Below are positions 1-9,104 of a stretch of 64,000 nt of DNA, piece after piece. The stretch's first letter is position 1. Each line of letters opens with the position of its first letter. The stretch is taken from the NCBI GenBank assembly GCA_034669905.1, contig JAXMOL010000037.1, forward strand, positions 12,258 through 76,257, written 5' to 3'. Both the position numbers and the translations under genes were made by a program. Below the pieces are notes generated by a model. It did not search any database and was not told where the DNA came from. It saw only the letters and a program-made list of their open reading frames with translations. The stretch is from Candidatus Hydrogenedentota bacterium. GTDB lineage: Bacteria > Hydrogenedentota > Hydrogenedentia > Hydrogenedentales > JAEUWI01.

Positions 1-186
1 CTGTTGCTGACCTGGCGGGTTCAGGTGATGGAGCCGGGTACGAGTCAGTTGTTAGCGGGCGAGATTACACCGGAAGAATATTGCCGTCGCCTTGATGAGG
101 GCGTGGCCGTCGCCGTGGCCGATCCCGACGCGATCCTGCCGCCGCCCGTGGCCTATGACCCGGCGGCCTTTGGGGAGCCCTTATGA
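1..186 (+). CDS. 3' end of an upstream gene that is truncated by the window edge, probably the substrate-binding protein of the sugar ABC transporter. Its TGA stop overlaps the ATG of the next gene (ATGA coupling)
   Basis: Open frame from the window edge ending at 184-186, translationally coupled to the permease gene at 183. Neutral-to-acidic C-terminal tail typical of SBP termini. No start codon in the window. Confidence 0.4.
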   Translation: MLLTWRVQVMEPGTSQLLAGEITPEEYCRRLDEGVAVAVADPDAILPPPVAYDPAAFGEPL

Positions 187-1115
187 GTCTGCGCGCGAAA
201 GAAGAGCGTCGATTCATTCTGGTCTTTCTGGCGCCCGCCTTTTTGCTCTTTACCGCCCTGGTCTTTTTGCCCGCGGTGCGCGCCCTGCTCTACAGCCTGC
301 AGAAGTGGGATGGACTCGGTACGCCGGAATGGATTGGCTTCGGGAATTTCGTCCGTCTCCTGCGGGACGACACGATTTTCCTGGTGGCGCTGGGGCATAA
401 CCTCCTGCTTTTTGCGATTGCCGGTGGGCTGACCATTGCCATGGCCCTGTTTTTTGCCTCCCTGTTGAGCCAGAAAATTCGGGGGGCTTCGCTCTTTCGG
501 ATTGCCTTCTTCTTTCCCAACGTGATCGCCCTCGTGGCCGTGGCCCTGTTGTGGATTCTGCTCTACAGCACCACGGAGTTTGGTGTGATTAATGCCGTGC
601 TGGCCCGGGTGGAAGGGGCTGCCGGTACGGCGGCAGGCCTCGTGGGGCTTTCGGCACCTGACTGGGAGCTGCCCTTTCCCTTTCTCCAATCCAAGCACCT
701 CATGGCGTCCATCATTCCCATGATGGTGTGGAGTGCCACCGGTTTTTACATGGTCTTGTTTCTGGCGGCCATGGGGGGGATTCCTCAGAGTTACTATGAG
801 GCGGCCCGCCTGGAAGGGGCGAGCCACTGGCAACAGTTCCGCCATATCACCCTGCCCCTGTTGCGAGAGATTCTCGTGGTGGCCGTGGTCTTTCTTATCA
901 TCAGTATCATGAAATATTTTGACCCCATCTGGGTGATGGAAAACGAAGTGCCCAACCGGGAATCCCACGTGATGGCGACCTTGCTCTATCAGAAGGTCTT
1001 CACGGAATACGACATGGGCTACGCCTCCGCCGTGGCGGTGTTGCTGTTTATCATCGTGCTCGCGGCCTCGACCTTCAGTATGATGTGGTCGCGCAAAGAA
1101 CGGATTGAGTATTGA
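183..1115 (+). CDS. Carbohydrate ABC transporter permease (MalF/UgpA-like, CUT1 family)
   Basis: 310 aa with six TM-like hydrophobic segments and a BPD-transporter signature region (EAARLEGASHWQQFRHITLPL). The large antisense ORF 153..1151 is rejected. Confidence 0.85.
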   Translation: MSLRAKEERRFILVFLAPAFLLFTALVFLPAVRALLYSLQKWDGLGTPEWIGFGNFVRLLRDDTIFLVALGHNLLLFAIAGGLTIAMALFFASLLSQKIRGASLFRIAFFFPNVIALVAVALLWILLYSTTEFGVINAVLARVEGAAGTAAGLVGLSAPDWELPFPFLQSKHLMASIIPMMVWSATGFYMVLFLAAMGGIPQSYYEAARLEGASHWQQFRHITLPLLREILVVAVVFLIISIMKYFDPIWVMENEVPNRESHVMATLLYQKVFTEYDMGYASAVAVLLFIIVLAASTFSMMWSRKERIEY

Positions 1116-1551
1116 TGCGGGCGATGGATGCAAATCGACGCGTTGTGCCACCCCCGTTGGGGATTCGAGCTGCGGATGGCTGTGCGATACCCAGGGTTGC
1201 GCTCGTTCCTCGCTCCACCCTGGGCTACGATATGTCGCCCCTTCGGGGCTTTTCGCCCGCTACCACGTCTCGTTTGGGAGTGGGGCGGGGGGCCGTCCTA
1301 AGGAGCCAAGATCAATCGTGCCGCGGGATGCCGAGGTACGAGGCTTCGTGCGCATTGTCCACGCCTTCGGGAACGAACCCGTCAGGACTCGTTGATACTC
1401 GCCTTCTCGGGATCGCGCGGCACGATTGCACCCACAAGCTTCGCCGGGAACCGGCTACGCTTGAGGGTGGCACCCTTGGGTGCGATTCCCTGACCCCTAT
1501 CCGTGCCCACAACAAATATACCGTCAGTATCCCCCCGGGAGTCTGTTAACC

Positions 1552-2685
1552 ATGGAACGCCTCCGAAAATACGTCGTCTACACCATCCTCATCGGCTGGC
1601 TCTTCGCCGTGGCCCTGCCCATGGTTTGGGTGCTGGTGAATTCCCTGCGGAGTTCCCAGGAGTTCGTGCAGAACCCCTTTGGCATGCCGTGGGTCATCAC
1701 GGGCACTACGCCGGATAGAATGTTGGAACGAAAGGAAATCGAGGCCGCAATTGGCGGTAGCGCTCCACCACAGTTCGATCAAGCCAAATGGGACGGAGCG
1801 CTCCAACATTTACTGAATGATTTTGATCGTCTCGACCGCAATCGAAACGGTATATTGGAAGATGAGGACACTAGGATGATGTCCGACTATGTGCCGTTTA
1901 TCCTAGGGTATGTCGAGCATATAGAGGCGGTGGCGAGCCGTCCCCTGGCCCGTTCGGCGGCCTTTGAGAACTATCGCAAGGCCTGGGTGGAGTCGAATTT
2001 CAGCACCTTCTTCTTCAACAGTATCTGGGTGACCTTCTGGTCGCTCCTGGGCACCCTGTCCTTGGCGAGTATGGCGGCCTATGTGTTGGCGCGCTTCGAG
2101 TTTCGGGGTAGCCGACTGCTCTTTATGTTTTTCATCAGCGGCATGATGATTCCCGCCCAATTACTGTTGATTCCTGTGTTCTTTGAATATAGTTGGCTCT
2201 CTGAACTGGGCACCCAACTGCTCCATCCCTTTGGCCTGGAGTTTCAGCTCTACGATTCTCACTTCGGACTCATCATGCTCTACATCGCGCTGAGCCTTCC
2301 CTTCACCATTCTCGTGTTGACGGGCTTCTTTAAGTCCCTTCCGGGGGCCTTGCGGGAGGCGGCGATTCTGGATGGTTGCCGCGAGTACCGTGTCTTCTGG
2401 CACGTCATGTTGCCCCTGGCCAAACCGGGACTGGTCACCGCCGGAATTTTTAATTTCCTGGGTATCTGGAACGAATATATATTCGCGTTGGTCTTTGTGA
2501 ATACCCCGGAGAAAAAGACCCTGCCCCTGGGGCTGGCGAGCGTGAGTATTCAGGCCCAGTACAAGACCGATTTCGGACTCATGTTTGCCGGCCTGGTGAT
2601 CGTGGTGATTCCGACCTTGCTGGTGTATATCCTGTTGCAGCGAAGGCTGACCGACGGGATTACCATGGGCGCGCTCAAGGGCTGA
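1552..2685 (+). CDS. Carbohydrate ABC transporter permease (MalG/UgpE-like) with an unusually long first periplasmic loop carrying an EF-hand-like motif
   Basis: The ATG at 1552 (MERLRKY..) gives a TM1 that fits. C-terminal half has the EAA-loop region (EAAILDGCREYRVFWHVMLPLAKPG). The track ORF starts earlier at 1480, but its leader overlaps repeat DNA. Confidence 0.8.
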   Translation: MERLRKYVVYTILIGWLFAVALPMVWVLVNSLRSSQEFVQNPFGMPWVITGTTPDRMLERKEIEAAIGGSAPPQFDQAKWDGALQHLLNDFDRLDRNRNGILEDEDTRMMSDYVPFILGYVEHIEAVASRPLARSAAFENYRKAWVESNFSTFFFNSIWVTFWSLLGTLSLASMAAYVLARFEFRGSRLLFMFFISGMMIPAQLLLIPVFFEYSWLSELGTQLLHPFGLEFQLYDSHFGLIMLYIALSLPFTILVLTGFFKSLPGALREAAILDGCREYRVFWHVMLPLAKPGLVTAGIFNFLGIWNEYIFALVFVNTPEKKTLPLGLASVSIQAQYKTDFGLMFAGLVIVVIPTLLVYILLQRRLTDGITMGALKG

Positions 2686-2814
2686 GTATTTGGGGGTGTG
2701 TGGGGTAGCCGCCCTATGGAGCGCCGTCGGCCCGACGGCATCCGTGCGTAGCACGGGAAATGGTGTCGTTTGACGCGCCGCAGGCGGGAATGTCCAAGCC
2801 CCTGAAATCAAAAA

Positions 2815-2843
2815 GGCCCCACGGGGGGTGTTCCCATGGGGCC
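2815..2843. terminator. Candidate bidirectional hairpin between the convergent permease and phosphodiesterase genes
   Basis: GGCCCCACGGGG-ggtgtt-CCCATGGGGCC imperfect inverted repeat, A-run on the 5' side, lying between two convergent stop codons. Confidence 0.3.
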
Positions 2844-2862
2844 TCTCAATCTCAATCGTCGT

Positions 2863-3798
2863 TTAGCGCATGTCGGTGAGAACCGTACGGAGGAGGTCCG
2901 GGCGGTTGGTGATGATGGCGTCCACGCCGAGGTCGATGTAGCGCTTCATGTCATCTTCCCCATCGACGGTCCAGACGGCTACGGTTTTACCGGCGTCGTG
3001 GAATTGGGCAAGTCGTTCGGCATTGATGGAGCCGTGGCTCACGTTGAAGCCTGCCACATCAATGAGCATGCCCCACTTGATGAAGTTATCCCACTGCTCG
3101 GGCTTCTCGTCATTGTAGCCGCCCAGGTATTCCGTGCGGATTTCCGGGGCTTCCAAAAGGGCCATGAGGCAGACGATGGGGGAGAAGGACTGAATAACGA
3201 CCTCCTTCTCCATCCTGGCCGCGCGGATATCGGCGATGGCGTTGCGGGTGAGGAGCACGTTGCGGTTGCCACTGGCGTCGGCCAGGTGGAGCATTTCCTC
3301 CTTGAGGGCGCTATCCAGCGAATTGGCCCCTTCGGCGGCGGCCCAGAGCTGCTTCATGAGCGCACCATCACTGGCGATGCTCTTAATCTCCACATAGACG
3401 CCGATGCGGCCCTTGGCCATGGCGAGGGATTCAGCGAGGGTGGGCAGGGTTTCCCCGGCAAACTGGGCATCCTTCCAGCTTCCCGCGTCGAGGGTCTTGA
3501 GTTCCTCGAGGGTCTTATCCGCCACGGGGCCCGTGCCATTGGTGCAGCGGTCCAGGTCGCCATCGTGGGAAACGATGACCACGTCGTCTTTGGTCAGCAG
3601 ACAATCCAGTTCATACCATTCGGCATCCATCTCATGGGCCAATTCGAAGGCCACGAGGGTATTTTCGGGTGCGTAGGCACTCGCTCCCCGGTGGGCGATG
3701 ATGGCCACCTTATCTTTCGGTTCAATCATAGTGCTTCCTGTGGTGGCACAACCGGCCAGGGCCAGGGTGGCCAGCAAATAGATAGCGAAAATGCGCAT
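2863..3798 (-). CDS. Glycerophosphodiester phosphodiesterase (GDPD family) lipoprotein
   Basis: Lipobox LAGC at the N-terminus and an HRG..E..N GDPD catalytic signature (AIIAHRGASAYAPENT). Adjacent to CUT1 permeases, which is a UgpQ/GlpQ-type context. Confidence 0.85.
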   Translation of the reverse strand: MRIFAIYLLATLALAGCATTGSTMIEPKDKVAIIAHRGASAYAPENTLVAFELAHEMDAEWYELDCLLTKDDVVIVSHDGDLDRCTNGTGPVADKTLEELKTLDAGSWKDAQFAGETLPTLAESLAMAKGRIGVYVEIKSIASDGALMKQLWAAAEGANSLDSALKEEMLHLADASGNRNVLLTRNAIADIRAARMEKEVVIQSFSPIVCLMALLEAPEIRTEYLGGYNDEKPEQWDNFIKWGMLIDVAGFNVSHGSINAERLAQFHDAGKTVAVWTVDGEDDMKRYIDLGVDAIITNRPDLLRTVLTDMR

Positions 3799-3987
3799 GC
3801 TTAACTCCTGTGGGTACTACGGTCTCAATTCCGCGACAGTATGCCTGCTCGCGAAGAGCAATTCAATGGGAATGCCCGTGGCTGGACACCTCCGCCCGGT
3901 TTCCGCTATCGTGATTCTCCGGTTGCTGTGGGTCGGGGAACTTTGTCTTCGGAAGCGGTGGCCGGCACACCCAAGAGGAGAGCGTCC

Positions 3988-5394
3988 ATGCAACTTTCTA
4001 TGACCCTGTTCGCCGTGGCGGCCGTGCTGGTGGGCCTGTCGCCCCATGCGTTGGCCGGCGAAAAACAGCTGACCTTCACGCCCAAGAATCACGACTTGGA
4101 CAACAACGACAACTTTTCCCCCGACGGCCGCTTTATCTGCTATGACACGCGGGAAATGGAAGGTCCGGGCATCGACAACGGCCAGACCATCGAGCTCGTG
4201 GAGATCGCCACCGGGAAAGAGACCCTGCTCTACACGCCCCCCCAGACGGTCATCGGCGAGAATCCCGCGCCCGGTGTGGGGGCCGTATCCTTCTCCGGCA
4301 CCGAGAATAAGGTGGCCTTTATCCATGGTCCGCCGGTGGAGGAGGTGCCCGTTCGTGGTCCCTATGGCAAGCCCAACCGCCAGGGGGCCGAGGTCATCAC
4401 CGATGGCACCGGTACGCCCGCGGAGCAAGGGGGCTATGAAAAGTCCTGGCTCGACTTCCGCGACATCGCGACAGACCGGGACACAATTCCCGGTGCCCAC
4501 CGGGGGGGCACGCACCGCCACGAATACACGCTGGATGGCAAGCGGATCGGCTTCACCTACAACGATTTTCTCATGCCCGAATATGACCGGACGGTCGGTT
4601 ATATGGTGCCTCACCCCAAGGCCCCGGAAGGCGCGAGCCACTATTTTGCGAACCTGGTGCCCATCGTCCCCAAGGGTACGGCCAAGCCCGGCGAGATTGA
4701 GCATGCGTCCAAAGATTCGTGGGTGGGGCGTCATGGCCTCATGCGGGCCTTTGTGGGCACGGTCCGCAATCCTGACGGCGAGACCTATGAAAACTCCCTT
4801 TTCATGATCGACATCCCCGCCGATGTGGACATCACCACGGCCGATTCCGGGAGTGCGACCCGCTACCCCAGCCCGCCGAAAGGCACCAGCATCCGCCGGA
4901 TGACCCACACGTGGGCCAAGGGCACGGTGCGCGGCAGTTTCGATGGCAAGCAGGTGGCCTACTATGCCAAGGCCCCCGATGGCACGACCCAGATCTTTGT
5001 TATCCCTTCGGATGGATCGGACAAGTCAGAAGACCCGGCGAAACGGCCCAGGCAGGCGACGTTCCTTCCCGAAGGCTCGGAAGACGGTATCCGCTGGCAC
5101 CCCTCCGGCAATACGGTTTTCAGCATCAGCAACGGGGGCATCGTGGCCACCTGCGTGAAGCCGGGCACCCACTTTGGCCGTTCCGTGTTCTTGACCGGGC
5201 AGGCCGACGGGCCGGAGCGTATCAAGCTCACGTCTTCGCAAGATGGCACGATGCTGGCCTTTAACAAGGCGGTGCCGACGAAAGACGCGTCGGGGGAGAT
5301 CGTGAAGGCCTGGAGTGGCAGTGACGTGCTCCAGATCTTTACGGTGGCCTTTCCCGATGAAAATGGCGACGGCATCATCGACGGCCTCGACTGA
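3988..5394 (+). CDS. Secreted beta-propeller protein (DUF3748/TolB-like) with a C-terminal EF-hand-like DENGDGIIDGLD motif
   Basis: Signal peptide after the ATG at 3988 (MQLSMTLFAVAAVLVGLSPHALA). Repeated beta-strand-rich segments. The track ORF extends upstream to 3841 with no evident signal. Confidence 0.55.
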   Translation: MQLSMTLFAVAAVLVGLSPHALAGEKQLTFTPKNHDLDNNDNFSPDGRFICYDTREMEGPGIDNGQTIELVEIATGKETLLYTPPQTVIGENPAPGVGAVSFSGTENKVAFIHGPPVEEVPVRGPYGKPNRQGAEVITDGTGTPAEQGGYEKSWLDFRDIATDRDTIPGAHRGGTHRHEYTLDGKRIGFTYNDFLMPEYDRTVGYMVPHPKAPEGASHYFANLVPIVPKGTAKPGEIEHASKDSWVGRHGLMRAFVGTVRNPDGETYENSLFMIDIPADVDITTADSGSATRYPSPPKGTSIRRMTHTWAKGTVRGSFDGKQVAYYAKAPDGTTQIFVIPSDGSDKSEDPAKRPRQATFLPEGSEDGIRWHPSGNTVFSISNGGIVATCVKPGTHFGRSVFLTGQADGPERIKLTSSQDGTMLAFNKAVPTKDASGEIVKAWSGSDVLQIFTVAFPDENGDGIIDGLD

Positions 5395-5447
5395 TTAAGC
5401 TGGCTTTTACTTCCCGGGGCGTTTTCACCACGTGGTGAAAACGCCCC

Positions 5448-6614
5448 GTGCTATGTCTGGATAAGAGAATGGGTAGTCATCCACGTTTTGTATTGGCCTT
5501 GTGTAACGCGGGCATGGGCTGTGTGGCCCTGGGTGCCAGCCTGGTGCCCGTGTATCTCACGACCCTGGGGGAGGTCTTTGGTGGCCTAGAGGCCAGTGCA
5601 TTGGGCCGCATCCCGGCCCTGGTCTTTGCCGGCTTCGTCTTGGGTATCGTAGGGACGGGCCCCCTGGCCGATCGCTATGGTGCACGCCCTTTCGTGCTGC
5701 TGGGTATGGCGCTCAGTGTTTCGGGGCTCCTCCTGCTGGCGACGAGCACGGGCTATGCCATGTTGTTGTGCGCCGCCCTGTTTATCGGGCTGGGTGCCGG
5801 TGTCATTGACATGGTCATGAGTCCCATCGTGTCGGCCCTTTCGATTGCCGATCGCACCACAGCGCTCAACCGATTGCACGCGTACTACTGTGTCGGGGCG
5901 ATCGGGACGTTGGTGGTGGCCTCGGTCATGTTGCGGCTGGGTGCGCCCTGGCGCGTCGTGGTCGGGGCCTTTGCGGCCATTCCCGCCGCCGTTTTCGTGG
6001 GCTTTCTGCTCTCCGTCTTGCCGCCCCTGGTGCACCCCGATGCGCCGCGACAGGGCCTGCGGCGCCTCATCTTTCTGCCCCGATTTCATCTTGCCCTCGC
6101 GGGGATGGTGTTGGTGGGGGCCACAGAAGAGGGTATGGCCCAGTGGTTGCCGGCCTATGCCGAGCGTGCCCTGGGTTTCAGTAAGACGACGGCGGCGCTG
6201 GGGCTCATGGGCTTTGCCGCGGCCATGGGGCTGGGACGTTTGCTGGCTGCCCGTTTGGACGGACGTTGGTCGGGGGCGCAGCTATTGTTTTTCGGTGCGC
6301 TCTGGTGCGGTGCGGGTTTTCTGGTAGGGGCCCTTTCGCCCATCCCTGCGGTGGCGCTGGCGGGGTGTGTGGCCGTGGGCTTTGGAGCCAGTGTGTTGTG
6401 GCCCACCAGTCTCGCGCGTTGCGCCGATACCTTTCCCCACGGTGGTGCAACGCTTTTCGCGGCGCTGGCGGCGGCGGGAAATGCGGGTTGCCTTGCGGCC
6501 CCCTTGCTCTGTGGGTATATGGTGGAATATGGGGGCCTTCGCGTCGCCATGGGGATGGGGGCGCTGTATCCCCTCGTGTTGGCAGCAATGGTCGCGGTGA
6601 CCGCACGGCGGTAG
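5448..6614 (+). CDS. MFS transporter
   Basis: About 12 hydrophobic segments, with the MFS-typical G-x-L-a-D-r-x-G-x-R loop (GPLADRYGARP). Confidence 0.8.
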   Translation: MLCLDKRMGSHPRFVLALCNAGMGCVALGASLVPVYLTTLGEVFGGLEASALGRIPALVFAGFVLGIVGTGPLADRYGARPFVLLGMALSVSGLLLLATSTGYAMLLCAALFIGLGAGVIDMVMSPIVSALSIADRTTALNRLHAYYCVGAIGTLVVASVMLRLGAPWRVVVGAFAAIPAAVFVGFLLSVLPPLVHPDAPRQGLRRLIFLPRFHLALAGMVLVGATEEGMAQWLPAYAERALGFSKTTAALGLMGFAAAMGLGRLLAARLDGRWSGAQLLFFGALWCGAGFLVGALSPIPAVALAGCVAVGFGASVLWPTSLARCADTFPHGGATLFAALAAAGNAGCLAAPLLCGYMVEYGGLRVAMGMGALYPLVLAAMVAVTARR

Positions 6615-6793
6615 TGGAGGGACGCGCTTGCCGTTGAGGCCGTTTTCGGGTCGTGGGTGGGATAGTGGGTTGGCGAGGAAGTCTCTTCCTCGGGTGTGCG
6701 AGATTTCACCCTTTTGATGCGAATTCTGCTACCATAGTGCGGAACAGGAACTTGGGGTGTGCGAATGGGGGCGGATTTTTTGGGAGAGAGACT

Positions 6794-7246
6794 ATGTCGA
6801 CGAAACGCCAGGGATTTACCCTGATTGAAATCATGATTGTGGTGGCCATTATTGCTGTGATTGCCGCCATTGCCATTCCCAACCTGCTTCGGTCCAAGTT
6901 GCAGACCAACGAGGCCTCCGCTGTAAGTGATTTGCGTACGGTCTGTGCCGCCCAGATGGCCTGTTCCACCGCCCGGCTTACCTTCGGTAGTTTCGCTACC
7001 CTGGTCGACGAGGTGGATGGGGTCGGCACGGCCTTCCTGGATACCTCGTGGTTTGAAGGCCGCGAGAAGGCGGGTTACATCTTCACCATGCCCGAGGCGG
7101 ATGCCGATTCGTTTACCTGTTTTGCAGACCCCATTGCACTGGGCTCCACGGGCAGTCGCTTTTTCCGCATAGATACGTCGGGGGTCATTCGTTTTTCACC
7201 CGGCGGACAGCCCGGACCGGATGCGGCCTCCCTGGGTGAGAGCTGA
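6794..7246 (+). CDS. Pilin/pseudopilin-like protein with a prepilin-type N-terminal cleavage/methylation domain
   Basis: MSTKRQGFTLIEIMIVVAIIAVIAAIAIPNLL matches the G|FTLIE class III signal and hydrophobic helix. Start set at the ATG at 6794 rather than the track's 6653. Confidence 0.8.
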   Translation: MSTKRQGFTLIEIMIVVAIIAVIAAIAIPNLLRSKLQTNEASAVSDLRTVCAAQMACSTARLTFGSFATLVDEVDGVGTAFLDTSWFEGREKAGYIFTMPEADADSFTCFADPIALGSTGSRFFRIDTSGVIRFSPGGQPGPDAASLGES

Positions 7247-7297
7247 TAACCGTCCCAGGCGCTTGTGCCGGGTGCCCAGGCTGGGGCAGAATGTCCT

Positions 7298-7963
7298 ATG
7301 CCTGACCGCCATCCAACTGCCGCCCCCCGAGTCATTGCCTTTGATTTTGACGGGGTAATTGCCGATTCACTGGAAGCCTATTTTCCCGTGTTTCAGGCGT
7401 GTTGTGCCGAGTTGGGATTTCGGGGTCCGGCGACGCGGGATGCCTTTCTGGATGTCTTCGATCACAATGCGGTGAAAGGGCTGCTCAAGGCGGGTGTGCC
7501 CTTCTACAAGCTCAAGCGGCTGGGTCGCACCCTGGCTCCCCGGGTGGCTGCGTTAAACGAAGACGTGGCGCCCTTTCCCGGTATTCCCTCCTTAATTCAG
7601 GCCCTCGTGGCCCGCCATCCTGTCTATGTCGTCACGTCCAATGTTACCGAAGCCACGGCCCAGTTCATGGCCCGTCACGCCATGGACGGTCTCGAAGATG
7701 TCATCGGGTCGGACCGGGAAGCCAGCAAGATCAAAAAGCTTCGCCGTATCCGGAAGGGGCATCCCGGCGCGACGGTCTGGTATATCGGGGATACGCGGGG
7801 GGACATGATCGAAGCGCGCCGTGCGGGCACCACGGCGGTAGCCGCGTGTTGGGGCTGGCACAACGAAGCACGGCTGGCCGGGGCGCAGCCCGATTACCTG
7901 GTCAAGAGCCCGGAGGCCTTGGGGCAGCTTTTGTTTCGGGGTGAAGTGGGGACAGGTTTTTAA
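7298..7963 (+). CDS. HAD-superfamily hydrolase (subfamily IA, phosphatase-like)
   Basis: Motif I (IAFDFDGVIAD), motif II (VVTSN), and motif IV (YIGDTRGDMIEARRAG). Confidence 0.8.
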   Translation: MPDRHPTAAPRVIAFDFDGVIADSLEAYFPVFQACCAELGFRGPATRDAFLDVFDHNAVKGLLKAGVPFYKLKRLGRTLAPRVAALNEDVAPFPGIPSLIQALVARHPVYVVTSNVTEATAQFMARHAMDGLEDVIGSDREASKIKKLRRIRKGHPGATVWYIGDTRGDMIEARRAGTTAVAACWGWHNEARLAGAQPDYLVKSPEALGQLLFRGEVGTGF

Positions 7964-8039
7964 CTGGTGATTCTGCGGGGAACCTGCTATAACGAAGTTA
8001 CTTCGGGCTGGGTGAGCATGTGCTACGAGGAAAGAACCA

Positions 8040-8501
8040 ATGGCTTCCCAAGAGAAATATGCCAAGTACGCCGAGAAGATCCGCATCTTTAATGGCCTCT
8101 CTGCCGAGGAGGTGGAGTACATCCTCCACTGTGGCAAGATAGTCCATTTCTACGATGGGCAAACCGTTTTCCATGAGGGGATGTTGGGCAGCAACCTCTT
8201 TATTGTACTCGGGGGAAAAATCGCCATCTACAGTAAGAAGCGGATCATTGCCCGGTGTGTGGTGGGCGACGCCTTCGGCGAGATGGCGGTACTCAACAGT
8301 AAGCCCCGGTCGGCCACGGCGGCAGCGCTGGAAGACGTGAAACTCTTCACCCTGGATGAGCGGGAGATCAATCAGATCCTCGATAAGGCGGTGGCGGTAA
8401 AGCTCTTGCTCAACATCATCCACGTGCTCAGTGAGCGACTGGAAGCGGCCAATTCCTGGGTGGCCAAACTTCGCGATGAAAAGAGTCAGTTCGAATCGTA
8501 G
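8040..8501 (+). CDS. Standalone cyclic-nucleotide-binding (CNB/CAP-effector) domain protein, paralog 1
   Basis: Phosphate-binding cassette FGEMAVLNSKPRSATAAA, about 150 aa with no HTH or other output domain. Confidence 0.8.
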   Translation: MASQEKYAKYAEKIRIFNGLSAEEVEYILHCGKIVHFYDGQTVFHEGMLGSNLFIVLGGKIAIYSKKRIIARCVVGDAFGEMAVLNSKPRSATAAALEDVKLFTLDEREINQILDKAVAVKLLLNIIHVLSERLEAANSWVAKLRDEKSQFES

Positions 8502-8632
8502 GGGGGGCGGGGCTGTCCGCTTATCGGACACCCTGTACTACTGTGGCCCAACATGGCGTTTTTCGCGGACGTGTGGTATAGTCAAACCACGTGCTTGGGA
8601 TGGGGCGAGAACCGGGTATGAAGGATTTCCCC

Positions 8633-9097
8633 ATGAGTTCGCAGGATAAGTATGCCAAGTACGCCGAGCGAGTACGTCTGTTTAAGGGGCTCAAGACGCG
8701 TGACGTGGAGGAAGTACTCCACAGCGGCAAAATCATCCATTTTCGCGAGGGGCAAACTATCTTTCACGAGGGCATGTTGGGCAACAACATGTTTATCGTG
8801 CTGGGGGGCAAGGTGGGTATCTACAAAAAGAATCGCCTGATCGGCCATTGTGCCGTGGGCGATGCCTTTGGGGAGATGGCCCTCCTGAACAACCGGCCCC
8901 GCTCTGCCACGGCCAGTGCCCTGGGCGATGTGAAACTCTTCACCATCGACGAGCGGGAACTGAAACAGGTCCTGCGCATGCCCATTGGCCGACAGCTGTT
9001 GATGAATGTGGTCAATGTGTTGAGCGAACGCCTGGAAGTGGCCAATGGCCGGGTCAGCGAATTGAGTGACACGGTCGATATGGTGGCTTCCAAATAG
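8633..9097 (+). CDS. Standalone cyclic-nucleotide-binding domain protein, paralog 2 (tandem duplicate)
   Basis: Aligns along its whole length with the preceding gene product (MSSQDKYAKYAERVRLF.. vs MASQEKYAKYAEKIRIF..). PBC FGEMALLNNRPRSATASA. ATG at 8633 chosen over the track's 8591. Confidence 0.8.
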   Translation: MSSQDKYAKYAERVRLFKGLKTRDVEEVLHSGKIIHFREGQTIFHEGMLGNNMFIVLGGKVGIYKKNRLIGHCAVGDAFGEMALLNNRPRSATASALGDVKLFTIDERELKQVLRMPIGRQLLMNVVNVLSERLEVANGRVSELSDTVDMVASK

Positions 9098-9104
9098 CGC
9101 GGGT

